64,000 nucleotides of DNA from Haliotis rubra (lineage: Eukaryota). Of the stretch, positions 42,541 through 53,599 are shown piece after piece (the first letter of the stretch is position 1; each line of letters opens with the position of its first letter). The stretch covers positions 682,001 to 746,000 of the forward strand of contig NW_025767546.1 of NCBI RefSeq assembly GCF_003918875.1, given 5' to 3'. Position numbers and translations under genes: made by a program. Under the pieces are notes generated by a model. The model was not told the DNA's origin, did not search any database, and saw only the letters and a program-made list of their open reading frames with translations.

Positions 42541-45488
42541 TCATCCATATACTTGCTTGTTAATTGAAACAAAGTGGTAAAGCCCATGTATGCATCTTGT
42601 TGGTATTTCCTCTCATGTTCACTTTTTGATGCAACTAAATTTAACTAATTTCACACTGCTGCAATTGCTCCTGCTTTCTGAAATGCAGTTTCTTGTACAG
42701 TGCACCACCACTTGCCTCCTCCCACCTGTACAGGCTAACTGATGTGCACATGAAGTCACTACAATTGTATATATAGATGGATCATTACGATGCTGAACTG
42801 TTTCTTTATGTTATGAGTTGTTGATGTTTTAAAATCTTGTTGATTTCTGTTTAATTCTCAGTAAGTTTTAATTTATTTTCACCCAGGTTTTATCTGAAGT
42901 TAACAAATACCTGAAAAGTTGCAGTGTTCGAAATATTTTCAAGATGAGTAGTGTAGTCCAACATGGGACTGAGGTGAGATGCAGTGTGTAGGGTTAAGAT
43001 GCAGCACTTCATCCTGTGGATGATCTATGCATCATTATAACACACATGCAGACCTTTCAGACTCTGTAATCCAGTATCTTATACAGCATACCTCATGTTA
43101 TGTGAAAGAAAGTCACTTTCTTCTCATTTGTGAAGCAAGGGAGGTAACTCTATTAAGCCAGTATCCATTCATTGTTCTTGGTTCAGTTTGTTTTGTTATG
43201 TGTCAGTTTGAAAAGATGACTGATGGAAGTACAGAAACAGGATGTAACTTAGATTTAGGTCAAGTGTATATTGTGACATTATTGTCTCATCAGAAAAAGT
43301 ATTATGTGTGATCCCAGAATATCATGTACATGAAATGGTAAATGCATCTGTAAAAGTGTAGACATAAATCAGTAGGAACATAATTGGAAGAAGAAAGTGG
43401 TTTCCAAGAACCAAAACAGAATAAAAACTTATCACATAATTTGTTCTTGATAATTTATTCAGGGAAACAAACATTATCAAAGTAGTGGTATTGTCATTTT
43501 GTATTGGTAGCCAGGTATGATAAGTTGAATATTAAGGACATGTAATAGATTTGGCTTTGTATTTCTAAAGTGTGAATTTAATGTAGTCTTTGAAAATTAT
43601 TCGGTATTTACTCTGAACAAACTCACAAGCTGTAAAGTATGCCAGTTATTAGCTTCCTGGTGATGATGCTACCACTGTTAATGCATGTGTGTTGCTGTGT
43701 GTTCAGGCAGTCAGCTTGTCAGTGTCTCGCCTTGCTTCTGTGTGCGATGTGTAGTTCCACCTATTTTTGTTCAGTAGATTGGATTGTATTGCATGCATGT
43801 ATTTGTTCTCTAGGTTTAGAAATAGCCTCAAGCAAGTGCCAAATTTTCTTACTTTTGGAAAGAATGCAGGTGGCACCTGATCATGTCTGAAATAATTAAG
43901 CGTTTATCTTGAACTAAATACTATAGTTTAAAAAATGCAGACAGATTGGCTGCCATTTGTTTATTCACGTTTGCTGGACACCGTTCACTGTTCTGGTGCC
44001 ATGTTCATGCAACTGAGCATTGTTAACAAGAAATATCATGAATGCTTTCCTTGGTTTTCCAGGATCACATTTGTGATCTAAAGTAACTGAATTAAAAGAG
44101 AAATTTAGCCTATTTCCAATATAGCAGTCTAACAAAATGTATTGTCTCTGTTTGTGATTGTTTAGCACTCTTCTCCCTCTCCATGTTTTGCAGGGCAATT
44201 TTCCCTTTGATCCCGACGGGTCCATTGTCATTGTGATGGTGAAAAGCTTCAGCATTTGGTATTGTCTGGTCATTTTGTCTCCATATCAAACCTGTCTTTG
44301 TTGTACAGAGAGTCTAGAAAATATATGAGATTTATCACAGCAACAGAACTGCTTCAATATACTATACATTTACTCAGCATAATATATCTCTATAATACAG
44401 TCTGTTTGCATGTAAATAAAATATTATGACAGTATTCATCTCTTGTGTTTTTGTTTATGACTGAATATACTAAGCACATTGTGAAAACATTTTGTGCATA
44501 CACTGTTGAGAACATTTGGGATGAAGGTTGATAGGACTGATGGCCTCACCTTAGTTACCATAAAGTAATCATGAAGTGTCTTGTTGATCAACACCACAGC
44601 ATTATATATTGTATTTGCAGGGAAACAAAACAAATGATCTGAATTAAACTTGCTGGAGTTGCCAATCTTTCCATGCCTAACTTACATTTCCCATGATAAC
44701 ATGCACCTGGTCCATTTCCCAATAGTGTGTGTACCTGAGAGTCAACTTTCAACTCAATAGGAGACACGAAAATTGAAATTTGCACTGTTTCATTCTGTAA
44801 TCACTCCCTCAATAGTTATTGACAGAAGCAAACATAATTAAGCTCAAGGCTACTACTTAAACCATTAAAGCAGAGTCAAGAGTTACAGACTTAAATAAAG
44901 TCTCACATTGGGTGATACTCTTATCCTTCAACTTGTGTTATATCACACACTTTTGAGTAAGTGCTGTCCATCACAGAGGTGGGTCCACGATTTTGGAAAA
45001 GGGGATGCACATGAAACCTTTGTCACAAAGTGACTTGGCCGAGGATTCAGTGTTTGGTGCAAGCACCCCATCCCACCACACACTTTTATCTGATGGTGCA
45101 GCCATTACTAGGGCTGGCTATCGATATGGATCATAGACATCGATAATCGTTTACAAAATATCAATCAATTATCAATAAAGAAGTAACATTGAGCAAAAAT
45201 GCCAGAAAGGTCTTAAAGAAATGAATATATTTCACACAAGAATGAGAAAGGATATGAGTGGAAAATGAGCCGAGTGTCTTGGGGGCCTCAGGTTTAAATG
45301 ATTCACAAGAATGACCCCTGCGCGATACAATCCGCAGAATTCTGTGGATCCGTGGAAAATCCTCATCCCTGTTCATATCATTGGCAAGTGGTGACATGTT
45401 TATGCATGGATTACTAACAAAACAGCATCCTGAACATACTTTAGAAGCAGCCCATGATTAAAGACCTAACTTTGTGTATTGTGTAAGT

Positions 45489-45600
45489 TAGTGATGTTCC
45501 GATTAATTGAAATAATCGAAGATTGGTCGCAGTGGCCAAACGACCAAGCAATCGATCACATTTCTCATAATCGAACGCAAACGATTTTGGAACCGCTGTA
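45489..45600. mobile_element. Terminal fragment of the hAT-type family seen at 32245-33572 (opposite orientation)
   Basis: TAGTGATGTTCCGATTAATTGAAATAATCGAAGATTGGTCGCAGTG is nearly the reverse complement of 33525-33572. Confidence 0.75.
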
Positions 45601-47034
45601 ATAGAGTTTGAAATACTTGATGATGGAACATGTCTAGGACGTTGTCAGGGCCGGAAAACGTGTTTAATTCATAGAAAACTCACTTCACTTTCTGAAAAGT
45701 CATGACTGAATATTTCTTGAAGAATCGGGGGAGTTTATGTTACACTGGAACTGAATCATTTTCCACTGGATGTGAAATTTGCAAATGTAATTTGTGCAGT
45801 TTCTAAATAAAACAAAAAACAACAGAGAACCAGTTGTTTTTTCTTTATACTTATCTGCAACTACAACCTGAAAAGGAAAATATAAAAATTAAAATGACAG
45901 GATAGGACATTATATTGCAGTCATAGATTACATTTTACTTAACAAAATGAATACTTAAAGATTATCTATTGTGATACACAGTACATACATTCAGGGTTGA
46001 CATAAGTGTACAATATAGCATGATTATGTGAAGGCCCATAATCTTCCCAAAACCCTGTGGATGTGTGGTTGAGATAAAGTGTAACAACCATGGGCATAAA
46101 TCCACTGACACTGCATCCCCAGAGCCAGGATTCAAACACAGGACTATTGTTAGTAATTTGGACATGAAGACACACAGCTGCAAATCGACTATCACTATAT
46201 TTCCTGGCTGCAGTGGCATGAAAACACAAATCCTCCACAAAACATTACTGTTAAAGAAGGTGTTGCAGAAAATCACAGAACTCCAAAGAAGGAGTTAGTG
46301 TACCTACCAAATACTCTCCACTAAAGCTGCTTCATCTCTCATTCTTCACACTTATCTTAGTACATTATCCTTTTTAAACACACACCATCCCCCAATTTTG
46401 TCATAAAACGAGAATAGATTCACACAAGTATGGGTGGGGGTGGGGTGTGATGATTTTAATGGGGTTTTTTTTTTTGTCCCCAATTTGTTTTCAATTTTGT
46501 ACACATCTATAAGGAGGGGGCAGTAATTTTGTACATGACTGGGGGTCCCACTTACCTTGTACATAAATTTTAGGGAGGGTCATTTACATTGTACATGTTT
46601 CTCCATAAAACTCATCATCACCCCCTAGCCACAAATTATGAACGGTCCCTTTCATTTTTATTCAAATATAGATCTACACCTAACAACATCACAAAATGGA
46701 AATTTCATTATTGACAAAAATAGGAAATAGTAAAGCTGAATGTGGTGGTGACTGGAGGGCAATATATTGCAGATAGAAACATATCAAACAACAACCTTGC
46801 CTGAACTTCAAACTCAGATTAGGTGTAGAGAAAAATCACAAATGCTACAGTCAGTGTTGCTTCAAATCGGAAACAACCTAAAATGACTCGCTTACATGAG
46901 AATCTTCCAAATGTTTTAAATATAAATGAGATTATAGCCTCGAATTAAACAGTCAAACGTCAAAGCGAAACATCGTCTGCCATTGAACCGGCTTTGGTTG
47001 CTTTGCAAGAGTTATCTACCCTAGACCAGAGGGC

Positions 47035-47090
47035 GTAATGCGGAAGTGCCACGTGTAGGGGTCAGCACTGACACATTGTCAAAATGGCAG
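47035..47090 (+). promoter_or_regulatory. Housekeeping-type proximal promoter of SCFD1
   Basis: ETS CGGAAGT at 47041-47047, E-box CACGTG at 47050-47055, YY1-like AAAATGGC overlapping the ATG. Confidence 0.55.
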
Positions 47091-49060
47091 CGTCAGTGAG
47101 AGAAAAACAAATCGCGGCTTTGAAACGTATGCTCAATTTTAATCAGCCACAGACTAAACAGTCGTCTGCTGAACCACAATGGAAGATTCTTGTCTACGAC
47201 AGGTTTGGTCAGGATATAATATCGCCGTTATTGACTGTAAAGGAGTTGAGAGATATTGGTGTAACTCTTCATTTACAACTACACACAGATCGAGACCCAA
47301 TCCCAGATGTCCCGGCGATATACTTCGTACTCCCGACAGATGAAAACATCCAAAGAATATGCCGTGATATGCAGAATCAGCTGTATGAAAACTACTATTT
47401 CAATTTTATATCTGCCATATCACGTCAGCGTTTAGAGGATATCGCTAGTACGGCGATACAGAGTAACACAGTCGCCCAGGTTTCCAAAGTGTTCGACCAA
47501 TATTTGAACTTTATATCTCTGGAGGACAATCTGTTTACTTTGCGACATCAAGACCGTGATTCAATATCATATTATGCCATCAACCGTGGAGATGTGAAAG
47601 ACTCTGAGATGGAGAACATCATGGACACCATTGTTGACAGTTTGTTTTCAGTTTTTGTGACTCTAGGTACTGTACCAATTATCCGATGCCCCAGAGGAAA
47701 TGCAGCTGAAATGGTTGCAGAGAAGCTTGACAAAAAGCTACGTGAGAACATCCGCGATGCAAGAAATAGTTTATTCACAGCTGACTCTCAACCTGGTCAG
47801 TTCAGCTTCCAGCGACCACTGTTGGTGGTACTTGATCGGAATCTAGATCTAGCAACAATGCTTCATCACACTTGGACATATCAGGCTCTATGTCACGATG
47901 TGCTGGATTTTAAACTGAACAGAGTTGAAATTGAAGAGACGTCTGAAGCAAGGTCTGCAGCAGGATCTCCACGCCCTATGAAGAAGAAAAAGACATATGA
48001 TCTTAGCACTGCCGACAAATTCTGGGACACAGAGAAGGGAAGTCCATTCCCAACAGTTGCTGAGGCAGTGCAGGAGGAGCTGGATGTGTACAGGACACAG
48101 GAAGATGAAGTGAAGAAACTTAAAGCTGCAATGGGACTTGAAGGAGAAGATGACTCGGCTATAAGTATGTTGTCAGATAATACAGCTAAACTTACATCAG
48201 CTGTCAGCTCACTTCCAGAACTTCTTGAAAAGAAACGTCTTATTGACATGCACACAAATATAGCCACAGCATTACTTGATCAAATCAAAGTCAGAAAGCT
48301 TGATATATACTTTGAGTCAGAAGAGAAAATGATGAGTAAGTCTGTATTAGATAAGACTCTGATGGACTTGATATCTGATCCCGAAGCAGGGACTCCAGAA
48401 GATAAAGTACGACTGTTTATCATTGCACTCATCTGTGGCCCCCACATGTCTGAAGCTGAGATAGACCAATACTGTGTGGCTCTCCAAGCTGCCAACTGTG
48501 ACATAACAGCCATCCAGTACATGAGACGCTGGAGAGCCTACTCCAAAATGACCGTTGCACCAAGTCAGTATGCTGGGGGTGGCATCAGCTCTATTGGAAT
48601 GTTCTCAAACCTTGTGTCTAAAGGTTCCCAGTTTGTGATGGAGGGAGTGAAGAATCTGGCTGTCAAACGACACAATCTGCCAGCTACAAGAGTTGTGGAT
48701 GCGCTGATGGAGATGAAGTCTAATCAAGAGACTGACGATTACCGATACTTTGACCCTAAACTGTTGCGGGCAGATAGTACATCCATTCCCCGAAACAAGT
48801 CAGCGTACCAAGATGCTTATGTTTTCATGGTTGGTGGTGGCAACTACATCGAGTACCAGAACCTCATGGACTATGCTAAGTCCAGGTCGACCACAACACA
48901 GCGCAAAATAGTGTATGGGTGCAGTGACTTGGTGAATGCCTCCATGTTTCTCAAACAGTTGGCACATCTTGGGAAGAAAATGATGATGATGATGATGATG
49001 CTTGAGACTGATCATGATATAAAGGCTGTAAATTATTGTACATGTTGTATGTATTGCTAA
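47084..49060 (+). CDS. SCFD1: Sec1 family domain-containing protein 1 (Sly1), single-exon; true stop probably TGA 48981-48983
   Basis: 658-aa ORF with SM/Sly1 motifs WKILVYDRFGQDIISPLL, VPIIRCPRGNAAEMVA, QRPLLVVLDRNLDLAT, LPELLEKKRLIDMHTNIAT and VFMVGGGNYIEYQNL; homology ends at QLAHLGKK. Confidence 0.96.
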   Translation: MAASVREKQIAALKRMLNFNQPQTKQSSAEPQWKILVYDRFGQDIISPLLTVKELRDIGVTLHLQLHTDRDPIPDVPAIYFVLPTDENIQRICRDMQNQLYENYYFNFISAISRQRLEDIASTAIQSNTVAQVSKVFDQYLNFISLEDNLFTLRHQDRDSISYYAINRGDVKDSEMENIMDTIVDSLFSVFVTLGTVPIIRCPRGNAAEMVAEKLDKKLRENIRDARNSLFTADSQPGQFSFQRPLLVVLDRNLDLATMLHHTWTYQALCHDVLDFKLNRVEIEETSEARSAAGSPRPMKKKKTYDLSTADKFWDTEKGSPFPTVAEAVQEELDVYRTQEDEVKKLKAAMGLEGEDDSAISMLSDNTAKLTSAVSSLPELLEKKRLIDMHTNIATALLDQIKVRKLDIYFESEEKMMSKSVLDKTLMDLISDPEAGTPEDKVRLFIIALICGPHMSEAEIDQYCVALQAANCDITAIQYMRRWRAYSKMTVAPSQYAGGGISSIGMFSNLVSKGSQFVMEGVKNLAVKRHNLPATRVVDALMEMKSNQETDDYRYFDPKLLRADSTSIPRNKSAYQDAYVFMVGGGNYIEYQNLMDYAKSRSTTTQRKIVYGCSDLVNASMFLKQLAHLGKKMMMMMMMLETDHDIKAVNYCTCCMYC

Positions 49061-49777
49061 TGTTATTAGAGACTGATTTTGTCTGTCTGTTGCTCAGAAA
49101 TATTGGCGGTTGATATTTGCCTGACCAAACATATAGTCAGATGTTTCTACTGGGACTGGCTGTATCATCCACTGTTCCTGAACCTACCCTTAGGTCACCA
49201 AGTACTGGATATGTATGGAGAATTTGAGATATATAATTATCTTGAGCTGAAACTACTGTATTCAATTTTACTTGGAAGCTTAATTTTGATAAATTTCGTG
49301 ACAGACCACCTATGTTTCCAGGTTAAAATAATCAGCCAAATTTAATATGAAATTGTTATGATTTTAAATGTCCAAATTTTAAAATGGCCAAAGTTAAAGT
49401 TACACAATCAGCCACAGCCACCATCTGACTACAGGTATTTTCATCAAGTGTTGGTTTATTGAATGTCTACCAGTTGTTTCAGCTCTTCTGTTTACAAAAT
49501 ATGTGAAGGGTTTTCACTACAAGAACAGGGACACTTATTCCAAAGTTGATAATTGTTACCTTTGGTGCTTGTTCTGCTGTTATAATATTACCAAGTTGGC
49601 ATTTTGATTATGTAAGATAATCACTAGTTTGTGTGGGTTAAAGTAAGTATTCACTGATATGTAAATGTTAACCGACATGAATTTTACAGAATTAAATAAT
49701 GAATCGCTCTTGTGTGACTTGATTTCTCCTTGGGTTATAGTATTTTAGAGTCTTAGATATGACTGATTTAGCACCAA

Positions 49778-50070
49778 TGGTAGATCCACAGGTTAGAATT
49801 TTCCATGCTTTTAACAAGAGGGGACTAACAGGATAGGGTCGTCAGGCTCACTGACTTGTTTGCTTCATGTCAGAATATTTCAATTACGTTAGATCGATGC
49901 TCATAATGTCAATCACTAGATTATCTGGTCAAGACTTGATATTTACAGACAGCTGTCATACAGCTGTACACAAGATTGTCAGGTCAAGACTTGATATTTA
50001 CAGACAGCTGTCATACAGCTGTAGTACTGCTGACTGTGGCATTAAAATACAAACCAACCAACCAACCATT
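49778..50070 (+). mobile_element. SINE-like family B, degenerate
   Basis: CCATGC..AAGAGGGGACTAACAGGAT..GATCGATGCTCAT..ATTTACAGAC with an (AACC)n tail. Confidence 0.7.
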
Positions 50071-50253
50071 GGTTGATGAGCTAGAGACCGGCCACATTCC
50101 ACCACTGTCTTTGTCTGAAGGAGAGGTGCAATGCAAATTTTTTTATGATAATTTTATTTGTTCAAGAATTTCTAGAATTTGAACTTTGAAAAGTTTGTTC
50201 AATCATCAACTTGAAAAGTGCCGCACAAAGTTATATTTTGATATTTTGAAATT

Positions 50254-50500
50254 ACCTGTGAAGGTCCTGGTTAGAATATTGATCCTCAGTAACCCATGCT
50301 TCTTGTAAGAGGCGACTAATGGGATCTGGTGGTGAGGCTTCCTGGCTTGGTTGACATGTCATCGGTTCCCAATGGTGTGGATTGATGCTCATGCTGTTGA
50401 TCACTGGATTGTCTGGCCCAGACTCGATTATTTACAGACCGCCACCATATAGCTGGAATATTGCTGAGTGCGGCATAAAAACTTACTCACTCACTCACTC
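50254..50500 (+). mobile_element. SINE-like family B, full length
   Basis: ACCTGTGAAGGTCC head through GCTGGAATATTGCTGAGTGCGGCATAAAAAC and (CTCA)n. Confidence 0.9.
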
Positions 50501-50510
50501 TGAAAACACT

Positions 50511-50680
50511 GGGGTGGTGGGCTAGCCTAGTGGTGAAAGCGTTCTCCCGTCAAGCTGAAGATCCGGGTTCGATTCCCCACATGGGTACTATATGTGAAGC
50601 CCACACCTGGTAACCCCGGCTGTGATATAGCTGGAATATTGCTAAAAGTCGTGTAAAGCCCAACTCACTCACTCGCTCAC
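50511..50680 (+). mobile_element. tRNA-derived SINE family A inserted directly behind a family B tail
   Basis: A and B boxes; CTCACTCTGAAAACACTG duplicated on both sides. Confidence 0.9.
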
Positions 50681-51534
50681 TCTGAAAACACTGAACCAAT
50701 GAAGCTGGACCTTCACATGTTGGATCTCACCAGTAATTACGTCCCAGTCACTTCAACAGATTCAGATTTTCTGTTTGTCTGCCACAGCAGCTCTATTGGT
50801 CATTAATCAGCCCTTTGTTTTCAAAATGTCATGGAATTGGGTATATCCTTGCTTATAAAAGGACTCACGAGATATGTCCACCATATTTCATTTTCTTTAC
50901 CCTTGTGTTTTCACCAAGCTGTTATAATCTCTCACAGTGCAAACATTAACTGGCACAATTCTGTAACCTTTGCTAGATAGGAAGAGAACTTTAGCATGTA
51001 TTTGGTGACGACATAAGCTAGGCACAAGTGGTCCGGTCATTGAAGCGACCAGGTCATTATGGGATAAAAACCTGTTCTTACCCTGATTACTGATTAGGTT
51101 GGTATTTTTGTCAGCATTGTACACAAGCTTGAGCATTTCAAAGTGGTAAACATTAGAGACATGCATCACTTTGGCCATTCCTCCCATAATAAACCGAGAT
51201 GCTGTAAAACACTAGCCTTAAACCCAATTCACTCATTCACTCAGAAAATATATGACTATTGAATGGAATCTTTATTGGCATGAATTAATGTCTTCTTATC
51301 AAGGTGAGCTACAATGACATGGTAGGAATTTCATTGACTACCTCAGTGGTCTTGTGGACAGTGCTGAAGAGCGAAAAGTCTATAGTTGATTCCCATGGCC
51401 TGTCATTGCTGAAGGCATGTTACCCTGCCTGGTGTAGGACTGTTAGACCCGTAGTGGGATACTGTGTATGAAGTGGGGATACTGTGTATGAGTATAGTAT
51501 CAATGTTAACATGATGCATGTTATGTTCGTTCCA

Positions 51535-53590
51535 TGGGCTAGTGCACACAAGCATGCATGTGCTCATTGATGCACCTCAGTTGTCTCAGTGGGCTAGCAC
51601 ACAAAAGCATGCATGTGCTCATTGATGCACCTCAGTTGTCTCAGTGGGCTAGCACACACAAGCATGCATGTGCTCATTGATGCACCTCAGTTGTCTCAGT
51701 GGGCTAGCACACAAGCATGCATGTGCTCATTGATGCACCTCTGTTGTCTCAGTGGGCTAGCACACACAAGCATGCATGTGCTCACTGATGCACCTCTGTT
51801 GTCTCAGTGGGCTAGCACACACAAGCATGCATGTGCTCACCTCTGTTGTCTCAGTGGGCTAGCACACACAAGCATGCATGTTGCTCATTGATGCACCTCA
51901 TGTTGTCTCATGTCTCAGTGGGTGGGCTAGCAGCACGCACACAAGCATGCATGTGCTCATTGATGCACCTCTGTCAGTGTCTCAGTGGGCTAGTTGTCTC
52001 AGCACACAAGCATGCATGTGCTCATTGATGCACCCCTGTTGTCCAGTGGGCTAGCACACACAAGCATGCATGTGCTCATTGATGCACCTCTGTTGTCTCA
52101 GTGGGCTAGCACACACAAGCATGCATGTGCTCATGATGCATGCACCTCTGTTGTCTCAGTGGGCTAGTGCACATAAGCATGCATGTGCTCATTGATGCAC
52201 CTCTGTTGTCTCAGTGGGCTAGCAGCATACACAAGCATGCATGTGCTCACTGATGCACATTGATGCACCCTGTCTCCAGTTGTCTCAAGCATGGGCTAGC
52301 ACATGTGCTCATTGATGCACCTCAGTTGTCTCAGTGGGCTAGCACACACAAGCATGCATGTGCTCATTGATGCACCTCTGTTGTCTCAGTGGGCTAGCAC
52401 ACACAAGCATGCATGTGCTCATTGATGCACCTCTGTTGTCTCAGTGGGCTAGCACACACAAGCATGCATGTGCTCATTGATGCACCTCTGTTGTCTCAGT
52501 GGGCTAGCACACACAAGCATGCATGTGCTCATTGATGCACCTCTGTTGTCTCAGTGGGCTAGCACACACAAGCATGCATGTGCTCATTGATGCACCTCAG
52601 TTGTCTCAGTGGGCTAGCACACACAAGCATGCATGTGCTCATTGATGCACCCCTGTTGTCTCAGTGGGCTAGCACACACAAGCATGCATGTGCTCATTGA
52701 TGCACCTCTGTTGTCTCAGTGGGCTAGCACACACAAGCATGCATGTGCTCATTGATGCACCTCAGTTGTCTCAGTGGGCTAGCACACACAAGCATGCATG
52801 TGCTCATTGATGCACCTCTTTTGTCTCAGTGGGCTAGCACACACAAGCATGCATGTGCTCATTGATGCACCTCTGTGATCTCAGTGGGCTAGTGCACACA
52901 AGCATGCATGTGCTCATTGATGCACCTCTGTTGATCTCAGTGGGCTAGCACACACAAGCATGCATGTGCTCATTGATGCACCTCTGTTGTCTCAGAGGGC
53001 TAGCACACACAAGCATGCATGTGCTCATTGATGCACCTCTGTTGTCTCAGTGGGCTAGCACACACAAGCATGCATGTGCTCATTGATGCACCTCAGTTGT
53101 CTCAGTGGGCTAGCACACACAAGCATGCATGTGCTCATTGATGCACCTCAGTTGTCTCAGTGGGCTAGCACACACAAGCATGCATGTGCTCATTGATGCA
53201 CCTCTGTTGTCTCAGTGGGCTAGCACACAAGCATGCATGTGCTCATTGATGCACCTCTGTTGTCTCAGTGGGCTAGCACACACAAGCATGCATGTGCTCA
53301 TTGATGCACCTCTGTTGTCTCAGTGGGCTAGCACACAAGCATGCATGTGCTCATTGATGCACCTCAGTTGTCTCAGTGGGCTAGCACACACAAGCATGCA
53401 TGTGCTCATTGATGCACCTCTGTTGTCTCAGTGGGCTAGCACACACAAGCATGCATGTGCTCACTGATGCACCCCTGTTGTCTCAGTGGGCTAGCACACA
53501 CAAGCATGCATGTGCTCATTGATGCACCTCAGTTGTCTCAGTGGGCTAGCACACACAAGCATGCATGTGCTCATTGATGCACCTCAGTGT
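51535..53590. repeat. 55-bp tandem satellite (~2 kb)
   Basis: Unit GCACACACAAGCATGCATGTGCTCATTGATGCACCTC(A/T)GTTGTCTCAGTGGGCTA, about 37 copies. Confidence 0.97.
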
Positions 53591-53599
53591 GCATGTTAA

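Noticed and set aside
47572-49015. Antisense ORFs within SCFD1, including a poly-His ORF
   Set aside because: Shadow frames of a coding gene and of the (TGA)n repeat
51535-53590. CRISPR-like array
   Set aside because: Contiguous tandem units with no unique spacers, no cas genes, and a eukaryotic context; the same applies to the other arrays
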